A stretch of DNA of 64,000 nucleotides. It comes from Callorhinchus milii (taxonomy: Eukaryota). The stretch lies in the NCBI RefSeq assembly GCF_018977255.1, contig NW_024704742.1, positions 68,884,001 through 68,948,000 of the forward strand, written 5' to 3'. Made by a program: the position numbers and the translations under genes. Below are positions 49,341 through 62,331 of the stretch, in pieces; within the stretch, counting starts at the first letter, position 1; each line of letters starts with the position of its first letter. A model generated the notes under the pieces. It searched no databases. It was not told the origin of the DNA and saw only the letters and a list, made by a program, of their open reading frames with translations.

Positions 49341-50344
49341 ATTACTTCTTGATTTATGTCACTCCCAGAGAGCTTGACAGTAGTGGAGCACAATACTTAG
49401 CTGGGTGGGATGGGGGAGGTAACCATAGGTACGGTCAAAGAGGAAGTTCTTCAGACGTAATCTGAAGATGGGGAAGGATGGGCAAGGCAGAGGGATTGAG
49501 GGAGAGTGTTCCAGAGTTTCGGGGCTCATTAGACTCATTCAGCTCGTGTGAATGTTCGGGAGGGGCCGTAGGTTGTAGGTTGTACACCATTACTCTAATG
49601 CATTCCTGAGGGAAAGTGCTGCATTGTCAGAAATGCTGTGCTTCAGATCAGATGCTAATGATCCTGTCTTCATAGTCAGGTGGACCTTCAAGATCCCATG
49701 ACACTATTAGTGTTCTGGCCTATAATCCTCCAGCTAAAACTAATCATTCGCTTCATAGCTGTTTTTGTGATGTTGCTGTGTGCAAATTGGTTGCCTCATT
49801 CGCCTACAAAATACAGTCACCATACTTTACAGTAAAATCCTTTAAAGAGCTTTGAGACATCCTTCCAATGTGAAAGGCACTGTATCAAATGGTTATCATT
49901 ATTAACCAACAAAGTCTATCAGGAAGGGTGTGAGGTTTGCATGTAGACTGAAATTTTGGTTGTGAAATATAATCGTTTGAAATGTCAAATCACCTTGGTG
50001 TGAAGGAGGTGAACAAATAGTTCTGTGGCAAAAAGATTATTTTTTAATCATTGTTTCCATCCATAATGTAAGGTCAATTGCTGCTTCTCCTGCGAATAAA
50101 TATGAACACAATGTCCCAACTCAGTAAAAGCAGACATCATCTCTTGGAAACTAATGATTTTCCAATACTTTTAGATACACAGTAGAACAACAGAACATAG
50201 ATTTAGAATCACAAACAGAAATTTCAGGACAGAGACCAGGAAGTATTTCTTTACATAGAGGGTAATTAAGGACTGGAACAGTGTACCGGGAAGTGAGGTG
50301 GGGGTAGGGTTTGAGGCCAGGACACTGGATTCATTTAACTAGAC

Positions 50345-50765
50345 TCTCACCTCTGAGTCAGCAGATTGTGAGTTTAAGCCCCACTTCCGGGCTTTGAACT
50401 CACATCTTAGGCTGACACTGCAGTGTAAAGCTGGGGGGAGCACTGCATTGTTGAAGGTGCCGTCCTTCAGAATAGTCGTTAAGCCGATGTCCCATCTACC
50501 TATTCAGGTGGATGTGAAAGATCCTTCGGTACTATTTGAAAAGAGAAGGGAGTTTCTCCCGGTGTCCTGGCCAACAACCCCAAGATAAAATCCATCACTC
50601 ATTTCATGGTTGTTTGTGGGACATTGCTATGCGCAAATTGGCTGACGTGTTTACCTACAAAATGCAGTCACTTTACTTTACAGCAAATCCTGTAAGAGCA
50701 CTTTGAGATGTCCTCTATACTTGAAAGCTACTGTATCAGCTACTGTAATATAAGGATTATTATTT
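50345..50765 (+). mobile_element. Deu-domain SINE, near full length
   Basis: GTTTGTGGGACATTGCTATGCGCAAATTGGCTG core. Confidence 0.88.
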
Positions 50766-51087
50766 GAGGACCGTCATATTTTTATTTAAGTTTAAGTTGC
50801 TGTTTTAAGAAGGGTTTGAGGGTGGGGAGAGTGAAACAAGGCAGAGATTTTGATAGAGAATTCCTGTGGACAGAGCCTTGCCAATCAAGCATATTTTACA
50901 GCTTACAATTCCATCTGTGCCTATCGGTGAGTCAGTTGCATTTTCTCACACAGATGTTTCTCTTCAAAGCAACAGATAATCCTTGACCTAAAGGAAGTGA
51001 ACCTTTTGAAAAATATACCCTGAGCTCATAGTGTATGTCACCAAAAGGTCTCAATGATACAACCCTTGAACTAACCTACTCTTTTGT

Positions 51088-51432
51088 TTTGGTCAGCGTG
51101 GTGTTTGACACATGTGGAAACCCAGCACCATGCTTAAGAGTCTCCAAACTAAACTGAGAATTCTATGCATCCCACTTACAAGTAGAAATTCACATGTATT
51201 CAAATGGAATGCGCACTCTCTCCATAGGGGGATACAGTCTGCTTCCCTAATTCTGGAGCGTTTCAGGTGTAGGTTAGTGAGAGCCAAGGCTTGGTTACCC
51301 CAAAGTGCGTTAAGTGTAACTGTTGGAGTTTAACCAGCTAAAACCGCAGTTTGCCAATGAAAGGAAACTTCAAACAAGGACTATACTATTGTTAGGGCTT
51401 TTCCTTGCTGAATGAAAGAATTCCTGCTCCCG
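51088..51432 (-). mobile_element. Family B retroposon 3' ~340 bp
   Basis: TTTTGGTCAGCGTGGTGTTTGACACATGTGGAAACCC. Confidence 0.75.
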
Positions 51433-51459
51433 GGTTTGCTTTTTAACAAATATAGGTTA

Positions 51460-51840
51460 TAATAATAATACTTGCATTTGATATAGCGCCTTATCACATT
51501 GTTGAGACATCTCAAAGTGCTTCATAGAATATACTGTAAAGTGAATTGACTGTATATTTTGTGGGCGAAACGCGGCAGCCAACTGCACTCAGCAGTGTCC
51601 CACAAACAGTCATGGATTAAGTGACTAATTATTATTATTTTATTTATTTATTTTTGAAGGGATTATTATCCATGGAAAAGTGAACCGCCAATCTACTAAC
51701 AACTGGGTTCCAATTTACTGCTAGGTAAACAGGCATGTAGAGTAAGGACACTTGCCTAATGTTTTGCTCTGCCCAGGAATCAAACCTGAGTCCTCTTGTT
51801 TGAGAGGGGAGTGCTCTAACTAATATTCTACAGGACTCCA
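51460..51840 (-). mobile_element. Family A SINE, full length
   Basis: Reverse complement of consensus. Confidence 0.9.
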
Positions 51841-51980
51841 GGTTGTGGGTTCAAGCCCCACGTCAGCATTTGAGCTCAGTCTAAGCTATAACTCCAGTGC
51901 AATGCTAGGGGCAGTGCTGCACTGTTACAGGTGCTGTACTTTGTTGAAGGATTCTTTCTACCTTCCACATTATTTAACAG

Positions 51981-52168
51981 GAGCAACCTTCAAATTCACC
52001 AGATGACTTCAAGTAGCAGAAGTGGTGTGCTTTGCCACTGATGAATAAATATTCATCACTGCCCAGGCCAGATCTTGATTTGGAAAATCTTCCTTCTCTT
52101 GCTTCAACTGTCAGCACAGATTGTTGTTCCAAGATTAGCCATGTTTGTTTTGCATAAAATTTACAAAG
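51981..52168 (+). pseudogene. Candidate exon with two nonsense codons, phase 0-2
   Basis: EQPSNSPDDFK*QKWCALPLMNKYSSLPRPDLDLENLPSLASTVSTDCCSKISHVCFA*NLQ; TTATTTAACAG acceptor. Confidence 0.25.
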
Positions 52169-52989
52169 GTTTGATCTTCAGCATTCATCAAATCGCAGAA
52201 CCCACAACAGACTGAAAAGCACACCCGTTCTTCTAAACCATTTTCAGATGCGACATGCATCAGTGTTTTAGAATGCTGCTCTCCCTGTCTACAATAAAAC
52301 AGTATTTGGATTCTAAATGCTATCAATCTGTTGCACTCATCTCACACTGTCTGAACTATTATTTGCAAATATTCACGTACTCACAACAGAAATATATGTT
52401 AATAATCCTTGCATTTGATATAGAGGCTTATCATGTCATTGAGACGTCTCAAAGCACTTCCCAGAATATACTGTAAAGTGAATTGACCGTGTATTTTGTG
52501 GGCAAAACATGCGCACAACAGTGTCCCACAAATAGTCGTGGATTGTGTGACCAAAACTTTTTGAGCGATTATTACCCCCCCAGAAAGTGATCCGCCAATT
52601 GACTGACAGCCAGGTTCCTACTTACTGTTCAGTAAACAGGGGTCTAAGCTTTCGCTCCACTTGAGAATAAAGAGGCATGCAGACCAGTGAGTCCACACCA
52701 ACTCACAGAACAAGGAGATCAGCATCTTATCACCGTACCTCTACCAAGCTCCTCTCTTTCACGTGCCTGTTTACTTCCCTCTTGAAAGCTACAATGGACT
52801 CTGTCTCCACCACCTTACTCGGCAGAATGTTCTACATCCCAAGTGGACATCTAAGTTCCCTTGGTACAATTCTCAGGAAGAAGAAAATTCCTCCTAATTT
52901 CTCTTTTCGCTGTTCTTGTGGCCATCATAACTATGTTCCATTCTTACTCTCCCTTCTCAACGGAAATAACTTCTTTGCATTTATGAACT

Positions 52990-53738
52990 GCCGAACTGCC
53001 TCCTATTCCTGATCCTAACCCTGGTTCACCAGCCACCTCTGCTCACTCAAGGGCCAGGTGTGGCCTACTGAACGCACTTGACTCAAATCTGGCCAAACGG
53101 TCCACCAGCATATCTGGTGGTTCACATCAAAACCTACCGCTCCACTCTCACCTCAGCCAAATCATCCTTCTGCTGCAGGTTAATCCTGGAGGTGAAGGGC
53201 AACCCCAGGCTCCTGCTCTCCAGCACTAACCGGCTCCTCCGCCCTCCCCGACACGCCTCACAGATTCTTTCCTCCGACTCTCACTGCAAGGAAATGCTGG
53301 ACTTCCTCGAGTCCAAAATCGAGAGAATCCACTCAGCTGCCACTGCTCTCCCAACTTCCACCCACTCACTAACCCCCCCCCCACCACACTCTGAACACTA
53401 TCCATCCCTCCTTCCACAACTTTGAATCTGTCACTCCCTCCTCTATCATCACCACCACATCCTTCATTAAGCTCACCAGCTGCTGCCTGGACTCCATCCC
53501 CACTCCTTAAATCCCAGCTCCACCTCCTTACCCCACTACTCACTGACATCATCAACCTCTCCCTGTCCTCTGGCACTGCTCCTACCCCTCTCAAAACAGC
53601 CACTATCACCCTCACGTTGAAGAAACCTTCCCTTGACCCAACACAGCTATCCAGCTACCAACCCATCTCCAACCTTCCTTTTCTGTCCAAGGTCCTTGAT
53701 AGAGCCATTGCCGCCCAGCTTTGCTATCAAATGCAAGG

Positions 53739-53782
<44 letters not shown>

Positions 53783-54415
53783 CCTTTCCTCCCACTCTCT
53801 CCATGAACCCCTCCAATCGGGTTTCTGTGTTGCCCACAGCACGGAAACTGCTCTGGTCAAAGTCACAAATGACATCCTGACCATGTGTGACCAGGGCTCC
53901 CTCTGCCTCCTCATCTTCCTCGACCTCTCCACCGCTTTTGACACTGTGGATCATTCAATCCTTCTCCACCACCTCTCCTCCCACCTCAATCTCCAAGGTT
54001 CTGTCCTTGACTGGTTCAGGTCCTACCTTTCACACTGCCTCCACTTCGTGTCCTCACTTTCAAGGCTATCCATGGCCTTGCCCCCTCCTACCTCTTTGAC
54101 CTGCTGACTCCCTATCAACCTGCCCGTTTCCTCCGTTCAGCAGGCTCCAGCCTGCTCCATGTCTACCGCCCAACCCACCCTACCATCAGCCTCTCTGCCC
54201 CCAAATTTTGGAACTCCTTCCTACCTTGCCTCCTTCAAGGCCGATCTCAAGACCCTCCTCTTGGATCATGCCTTCGGTTGTCCTCCCACCACTCTGCCTT
54301 TCCTCACCCCTACACCACCTCTTCCCCATACTCGGGTCCTGACCCCTGACTGTCCAGCGCCTTGGGACATTCTCCCAATGTGAAATGTGCTCTATAAATG
54401 TAATTTTGTTTTGTT
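52990..54415 (+). mobile_element. Internally deleted L2 with SINE-tail/(ATT)n insertion at 53722-53781
   Basis: ILEVKGNPRLL, YQPISNLPFLSKVL, HSTETAL, LDLSTAFDTVDH, jump to the C-terminus at ~54048. Confidence 0.92.
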
Positions 54416-54954
54416 CTTCTTATCTTATCAAAATGCATCAAAATTTTGTACGCCTCTATCAGATCCTGTTTTGAGTCAAAAACAACAACTTGCATCATGA
54501 CACTGAACGGTTGAAGTAGAATCTCTTCAGGCTGACCTGAAGATGGGGAAGGAGGGGCAAGGCGGAGGGATAGAAAAAAAGTGTTCCATTAGAATCTGAT
54601 TCGGGTTCGGGTCCAGCAAACCCCAAATCAAATAACTCTTGACTGGGTCAGATCTGTGAGTGCGACAATGAATTGCGACACACAAAGATGTGAAGAGGAT
54701 TAATATTACAGTTTTATTCAGCTGCTTGACAATGTGGCACTTACTCTGCTTGTATCTCGTAAAATATCTTCAGGTTATCATTTCAAATTAAGCAGCGCAC
54801 GGTATTTTTTGCCCAATCATGCGTTGCTGACTGACCTCGTTGGGGAGAGAGAGAGAAAGACAACCAGGCATCCCTCAGAATGAAAGTGACGTGTTTGGCA
54901 ACAGAATCTCAGAATTGAATTCAATCCTCGCGATGGTCTCTAGTCCAGATCAAA

Positions 54955-55356
54955 AGCAATGCGGGTCTACAGTACTCCAGGGCACTGCTGGTGAGAGGAC
55001 AGCCATTAGCAGGACCTGGAAGGGCAACCCAGTAACTGGGGGCAGGGAATCCTCCACTAAACTCCCGTTAACCCTGCAAACCAAAGTCCTAACCTGGACA
55101 AGCAGTGGGAAGTTTGCTGTACAAAGCTCTCAATGGCAAGCTCTGCAGTTTTAGCTGTTAAACTCCTACAGTTCCCACAATACACACTCTGTGGTTCCCA
55201 AGCCTTGCCTCTTGCCAACCTATGCCTCATGCTCATTTGGTAGGGCTTTGGCTTGCAGGGTTAACAGGAGCTGAGTGGGAAGAATCCCTGCCTCCGGTCT
55301 GCCCCTCCGAGTCCTGCCGATAAATCAGGCTGGGTGGTCTGCCCTGTCATCAGATC
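54955..55356. mobile_element. Two family B fragments in inverted orientation (54955-55225 +, 55236-55356 -)
   Basis: Both match 59370-59690. Confidence 0.65.
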
Positions 55357-56169
55357 GCTTGCCTTCAAAGGGAACTGAGTAAAATGTGCTGGAGGACGAT
55401 CAGAGGTGCGCAATAATTAGAAATCGGAGATTCTCTGTGCATGTGGGGCTGCATTAAACACTCCAGTCACACAAAGCACCGCTGCACAGAACGACACATC
55501 AACTGTCAAAAAGAGCCAGGCTGACCCAAGGCCACCACAGTCGTGGATTGAATTACCAAATTATTCATACTTTTTTGAGGGCTTATTACTCCTGGAAAGC
55601 GATCTGCCAATCGACTACTAAACAGGTTCCTACTTACTGCCAGGTAAGCATAGGCTTGTGTTGTAAGGAAACTGCCTAAGGTTTCGCCCTGCACAGGTAT
55701 CGAACCTGGATCCTCTCGCTTGCGAGTCGCGTGAGCTAATTACTACTCCACAGGACTCCATGATGCTAACTCCATGATACTAACATTCTCCCGAACTAGC
55801 TCTTCCCCTCACCCCTATTCTCCTCCCCTGCCTTGAGACACGGCCCTGCACGAAGGTCGCTAAATAAATACAAGTTGTTGTTGTTGTTGCTTCCCCTTTG
55901 CAGACACAGAGCAATGTTTGATAAACGCTGATAATGACACAAGGCCATGCTCAGATTTCACAATAATGACCGTAGTTTTGTGGAAAGTCATTTGAAAAAA
56001 AGCTCCAGGGCACAAACGGAATATAAATAAAACCAGGGCACCGAGACGTGCGTTGGGCAAAAAATCTCTTTAATGAGGCTGCAGAGGCAGGCATATTTAT
56101 GAGGTGACCTTTACATTTGCAATGTCTCGCAGGTACCGGGGAAACACACAGAAGGTCACTGAGGGCAAC

Positions 56170-57137
56170 GATCTAAATGAGGACATCGAAGTTAACATAT
56201 CTAAATTCGCGGATGACAAAAAACTAGGAGGAAGTGTCAACACAGAGGATGACATTAAAAAAATGCAGCGAGACATAGATAGGTTAGGTGATTGGGCAGG
56301 TAGGTGGCAGATGAAGTATAATGTAGGGAAGTGCGAAGCCATCCACCAAGGTAGCAAAAACAGTAGAGCGAGTTATTTTTTAGAAGGGGAGAGATTGGAA
56401 TGTGTTAGCGTCCAGAGGGACTCGGGTGTCCTTGTACACCAATCACAGAAAGTTAGTCTGCAGGTGCAGCAGCAATTAGGAAGGTGAACGGTATGTTAGC
56501 ATTCATTATGAAAGGATTAGAGTATAAGAGTAGGGAAGTCTTGCTGCAACTGTATAGGGCCCTGGTGAGACCACACCTGGAATACTGTGTGCAGTTTTGG
56601 TCTCCTTATTTAAGAAAGGATGTACTTGCCTTGGAGGGGCTGCAGCGTAGATTTACTAGGTTAGTGCCAGGGATGAAGGGGATGAGTTACGAGGATAGGC
56701 TGACCAATTTGGGCCTATATTCTGTAGAATATAGAAGAATTAGAGGGGCTTTTAAAGAAACCTATAAGATCATCAACGGGCATGATAGAGTAGATAGTGG
56801 GAGATTGTTTCCCCTGGTTGGAGAAACTAAAACCAGGGGTCACAACCTTAAAATCAGAGGCAGCCCTTTCGCATTGAGTTGAGGAAGAACTTCTTCACTA
56901 AAAGGGTGGTGCATGTATGGAACTCACTACCCCAAAGGGCTGTTGACGCTCAGTCCTTGAACATATTCAAGACTGAGATAGATTTCTTATTGCAAAAGGT
57001 ATTAAGGGATATGGGGATAAGGCAGGGTTAGGTTATTAGCTGGAGTTAGATTAGAAGATCAGCCATTATTGAATGGCGGGGCAGGCTCGAAGGGCCGAAT
57101 TGCCTACTCCTGCTCCTACATGTTATGTTATGTTATG
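56170..57137 (+). mobile_element. 5'-truncated CR1 LINE (RT C-terminus and 3' UTR)
   Basis: ISKFADDKKLGG, WQMKYNVGKC, LYRALVRPHLEYCVQFWSPYLRKD, TRGHNLK; (ATGTT)n tail. Confidence 0.95.
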
Positions 57138-57279
57138 GTTTCCTTTAGTTAGGAGAATTGGTGGCAAGCGGGAAGGGAGAGAATGAGGGAGTTGGCTGCA
57201 GTCTCAGAGTTTCAGGATTGTTACCAGAAGATTCAAGGTAGAGGTTAGGACAAGTTTCTACATTTAAAGACTTGTGTCA

Positions 57280-57665
57280 GTCAGCCTTGCTCAGTCGGTA
57301 CCACTCTCACCTCTAAGTCAGAAACCGGGACTTGGAATCACATAGTTTAAGTTGACATTCCAATGCAATGTAGGGGGTGTGTTTCATTGTTGGAAGTGCC
57401 GCTCTTTGGATGAGATATTAAATCAAGGTCCTTCCTGCCTGTTCAGGTGAATGTCACAGATCCCGCTTCACTGTTCAAAAAAAGAAGGGAGTTTCACTCT
57501 CCCGGTGTCCTGGTCAACAATTGCCCAAATAAAACGAGTCACCCACTCCATGACTGTTTGTGGGACACTTCATGCACAAATTGTCTGCTGTGTTCACCCA
57601 CAATCTGAAGTGCTTTGAGATTTCTGGGTAATGTGATGACGCACTTAGCAAATGTAAGGATTGGT
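57280..57665 (+). mobile_element. Deu-domain SINE
   Basis: Head, core and tail. Confidence 0.85.
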
Positions 57666-58361
57666 ATCACGGTGTTTTGCTAGTGTGTAGAATTCATTGC
57701 TACAAGTGGCTATTGAAGCTGGATCAGTAGAATCATTAAAATAGAACTGGATAAACACCTGAGCAGTAAAAGCACTAAAGGATACAACCTTAACTTGTAT
57801 TTATACAGCACCTTTCACATGGTGTAATGTCTTGGAGTGCTTTACAATGACAGGAGAGGGAGGTGATGATAGGTCGAAGAGGTAGGTTTTAAAATGCAAT
57901 TTAAAGAGAAGGAGCAAGATAGAGGGGTAGTGGGCATCCCAGGTATTAAATGTGATGTGACTGAAAACTCAGTATGGAGGTGGCGAGGGATGAGCAGCAA
58001 GCTTGAATCAGCGAAACAGGGGCAAGCGGAAGAGTGAGGTGGGAGGAGATCATCGAGATAGGGAGGTGCTCGGGAGCGGAGGGATCATTGGGTGAGGGTG
58101 AGGACCCTGAAATCGATCCGCTGGGAGCCAGTAAAGCCTGGTGGGGATTGGGGTAATGGACATCAGAGTATGATGTGGGAAGCGATGTGCTTCATGTCAA
58201 ATCTCTTATGAAATGCAGCACATTTGACCCCCTGAGTACCATCAATGAGTTGAAATGTACTTCAGTCTGTAAAGCAAGCTCTTTGCAGTGTTGTGGGTTC
58301 AGACGAAAGCAGAACTATTGTGTTGAAGTATTGACCTTAAGAAATTTGTTATGCTTGTCAG

Positions 58362-58541
58362 CTGTGGAAGAAAAGTTCACATCCTGAATCAATAATGTTA
58401 AGGAAAAAAGTTCTGGATGGCTTAACTGAGGAATATAAAAACTCCCGAAGAACGAACCAAGATATTGAACTATCTGAGAACATCTTGGCTAGGATGATGC
58501 TGATAAGTTCTAAGTTCACTAGTAGATCTGAAAGAGAAGAG
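58362..58541 (+). CDS. Best candidate exon of the unidentified gene, 60 codons, phase 0-0
   Basis: LWKKSSHPESIMLRKKVLDGLTEEYKNSRRTNQDIELSENILARMMLISSKFTSRSEREE; TGCTTGTCAG acceptor, GAG|GTCACT donor, unique DNA. Confidence 0.45.
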
Positions 58542-58771
58542 GTCACTGCCTTCTTTCTCTATCTCTCTCAATATCTTCCTTTCTGTTTGACTCTTTCAAT
58601 CTCATCATTCGATTCCCAGGTGGGGAGAAATCTTAGGCAAGTTTCTTTACTCCATGTGACTCTGTTTACCTAGCAGTAAGTAGGAACCAGGTTGTTAGTC
58701 AATTGGCGGATCATTTTCCAGAGGTAATAATCCCTCCAAAATAATGTATATAATATAGGCAGGCAGGCAAA

Positions 58772-58841
58772 TAAACAAACAAACAAACAAACAAACAAAC
58801 AAACGAACGAACGAACGAACGAATGAATGAATGAATGAATA
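58772..58841. repeat. Compound microsatellite (AAAC)n-(GAAC)n-(GAAT)n
   Basis: Direct reading. Confidence 0.95.
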
Positions 58842-59344
58842 GGTCACTCAATCAGATGGCCGAAGGGCCTGTGTGGGATGTAGGATAGTGATGTGTGCAG
58901 GTGGGGATGTGCAAAGTATCAGGTGGTTATGTGTGTGTGTGGGTGTGTGGGGAGGGGGAATGTAAGAATGTGGGTTACGTAATGGGTTACAAAATCCTTA
59001 CACCTGAGCATCCCTTCATCACTGCATCCTTATTAACCATCTTTCACATCAGGAGGACGTATCATTTTACAATAACAACTTGCATTTATATAGCGTACTC
59101 CACAACTGGCAGCGTTTCAGAGCAGTATTTTACGGTAAAGTTTAGTGAACTGTATATTTTGTAGTAGACAATGGGAGCAGCCAATTTGAGCACAGCAATG
59201 TCCTACAAACAATCATGAAATGAGTGATAAATTTTATCTTGAGACTCCTTTCAAATAGTGCAGCAGGTTCTTTAAAGTCCACTGGAACAGAGGACATTGG
59301 TTTAATGTCTTATCCTCTGACAATGCAGTGTTACTCCAGCGCTG

Positions 59345-59860
59345 TGGCGGTCTCCAGGCCAGTTCCTGAACCAGGTGGGTCCGCAGTATTTCAGGGCACG
59401 GCTGATGGCAGCATAGCTAGCCTGGCTTATCGTCAGGACTTGGAAGGGCCAACCTGTCACTGGGGGCAGCGAATCATCCCACTTAGCTCCCGATGACCCT
59501 GCAAGCCAAAGCCCTAATGGGTAGGGTGGTCCAAGCTGGGCAAGCAGCAGGAGGCTTGCCAGACACTGTCGCCAGACAGCAACAGCGATATCAATGGCAA
59601 TCTATGGTTTTAGCTGATTAGACTCCAGCAGTTACCGCAACACACACTCTGGGGTCCACAAGCCTTGGCTCTTGCCAACTTGCACTGAATACTTTCCGGA
59701 ATTAGTTAACCGGGATGATCCCTCCAGGGAGAGAGCACATTCCATTCCAACAGTCTACCTCTGGGATTTCCATGTGTAGGTGGGATGCATGGAATTCTCA
59801 GTTTGGTTTCGATACTCTTAAGCTTGGGGATGGGTTTCCGTATGTGTCAGGCTGACCAAA
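59345..59860 (+). mobile_element. Family B retroposon, best contiguous copy, inserted in a Deu-SINE
   Basis: Ends GTGTCAGGCTGACC AAAAATAAA; Deu-SINE (-) continues at 59865. Confidence 0.8.
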
Positions 59861-60319
59861 AATAAAGTACCACAGCACTGCACTGGAGGGTCAGCCTGGA
59901 CTGTGAGCTCAAAAACCAAACAGCTCCTAATGTAGAGATGAGCTGGGCTCTCTCAGTAGAAATAAAAAAATCCGTCAGAAAAACAAAAACAATAATTTCT
60001 AATTGGAGATCAAAGAGATGTTCTGTCCCAAATCGACTTTTCCAACCAATTATTCCCAATGCATTCAAAGTTCTTTAAGGAATTATGTTATCAAAGCTAT
60101 TTCCTTTTTATGCTTCTTTGCTCACGAATGAGAAAATGAAATCTAGGTGACTGAAATGGATTTTAGTTGGATAGCTTTCATGTGGAACTGTGAAAAAGAG
60201 CCTTTAGATGTAAGTGTAAAAAATTAACTAAATAAAAATTCATTAGATTATGGCAGTGGAATATTAAACTTGTCAAATGATACATAATTCATATGGGTTT
60301 AGTTATCTCTTCTCCACAG

Positions 60320-60419
60320 GAGATCCCCAGGGCATCTCTGTATAATACTTGTTGAATGACCATTCCACGTTCTGTGTGTCAGATTTTCAATGGGAAAATT
60401 CCTACTAAAATGCTAGGAA
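60320..60419 (+). pseudogene. Candidate exon with in-frame TGA (60353), phase 0-1
   Basis: TCTCTTCTCCACAG acceptor; EIPRASLYNTC*MTIPRSVCQIFNGKIPTKMLG; GTTAGT donor. Confidence 0.3.
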
Positions 60420-62264
60420 GTTAGTCATTGGAGGACAGCGATTGAACATCCTCCCACCCCCAAAATAGTCCATTGTTCATTGCATACATTCCCATCTAAT
60501 GAGAATAGCAATGGGAGGGAGGAAGTATCACCGCTGGGCGGGAAGAGGTAATAGAACTTCAGTTAATCTCAGACACCTCTTAAGACAAACAAAATGCCCA
60601 TCCCCAATGTGTTTGGCTTCCACTGTATTTGGTTTCGAATATAATAATATTGATGATAATAATTAATAATAATCCTTGGATTTGATATAGAGTATTTCAT
60701 GTCATGACAACATCTCAAAGCACTTCATAGGATTCACTGTAAAATGTAGGGACTATATGTTTTGTAGACAATTTGTGCACAACACAAACAGCCGTGAACA
60801 GCCGGGACCAATTTTATTTGGCGAATGTTGGCCAAGACATCAGGAGAAACTCCATGGGATCAGTAACGTCCATCTGAACAGGCAGACAAGACCTCCGTTT
60901 AATAATCCTTGCATTTGATATAGCGCCTTATCACATCTTTGAGACCTCTCAAGCGCTTCATGAAATATCCTGCAAAGTGTGTGTTTTGAAGACAATTCGT
61001 GCATAGCATAAACAGTCAAACAGCAGATTAACTGTCTATTTTGTGGGTGAAACAATCTCATTCGAAGGGCAGTAGCTCCAAAAATGCAATACACCCTACC
61101 ACCACCAGTTCTGTCATAGACTCATGCTCACTGATACAGATGGGGCACAAAACATCTCCATTGTGTATTGAATGTTGATTTTTTATAGCTTTGTATGGCT
61201 CAGTGACTGCCAACAATTAAATATGAAAGTAACAAGTTTTAACATACAAACAGTGCTCCCAAGGCAAGCTGGGTGGTTTGAGCTGGATAAATGCCAACAA
61301 TGTTCTCAGGGCATAGGATATGGTCCCCAAGCTGGCTCACTCACTGGTAGCACTCTCGCCTCTGATTCAAAGGCTGACATTCCTGCACATTGCTGAGGGA
61401 AAACTATGAAATCTTTATCATCCGGCTGAACAAGCAGACAGGATCTTGATTTAACATCTCTTCCAAAGGATATCACCTCTGTGCCAATGCACTGTTCCCC
61501 AAGCTCTGCAGTGGAGTGTCAGCTTGGACTGAATGAGTTCAAAGTCCCGATGTGGAGCTTGAACCCACAGCCTTCTGACCCAGAGCTAAAAGCGCTACCA
61601 ACTGAGTCAGGCTGACTCACAAAGCTTCCAAATCTGGAAATGATTTAAACCTCAAGCAAACGCAATCCTTTTGCAAACACTGCACCAGGCTTGTGCGTTA
61701 GCATGGCACAGTGGTAGAACTCTCACCTTTGAGGCAGAAGTTTTGGATTCAAGGCCCACATCAGGCATTGGAATCACATCATCTAAGCTCACACTCCAGT
61801 GCAGTACATTGTCAGAGGTGCAGATGAGGCATTTAAACCGAGGTAATGTCTGCCTGTTCAGGTGGAGTGTGTTAAAGATCCCATGGCACTTTTTGAAAAA
61901 CAAAAGTGATTTTCTCCCGGGCTCCTGGCAAACAATCCCCCAAATAAAATTGATCATTCACTCCACAGCCGTTTGTCATTTTGCCAATCAACTAACAATC
62001 CAGTTCCAAGTTATTGCTAGGCAAACAGAAGTGTGTGGAGTAAGCAAGATTGCCTAATGTTTCACCCCACCTCGGAATCAAACCCAGGTCCTATCGTTTG
62101 CAAGGTGAGTGCTGTAAACCACTACCCTACAGGACTCCCCATCTTCTCTGTAGGACAAAATGTCTGAATTTTTTTTCTTTTCACCTAACAGGCCATTGTA
62201 ATACTGTAATGATTCCCCTCCTGTGTCTGTGTCACAGCCATTGAACCAATAGTTTTCTCCACAG

Positions 62265-62331
62265 TCCACTGTTCTCAATCAACCTCAGAAAGAAGAAAAA
62301 CATTAAGTAATGTCCGCAAAGAAACTCCAAG
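62265..62331 (+). other. Candidate exon (HCSQSTSERRKTLSNVRKETP), phase 1-2
   Basis: GTTTTCTCCACAG acceptor, AAG|GTAACA donor. Confidence 0.3.

Noticed and set aside
52225..52288. Minus-strand ankyrin-like exon QGEQHSKTLMHVASENGLEER
   Set aside because: Single short match with no supporting - strand exons; overlaps a + strand candidate. Cannot be excluded but is unsupported.
60350..60355. Cys-TGA as selenocysteine (also TGA codons at 39218 and 39347)
   Set aside because: No selenoprotein similarity and no SECIS seen; TAG/TAA stops occur in other candidate exons, so decay is simpler.
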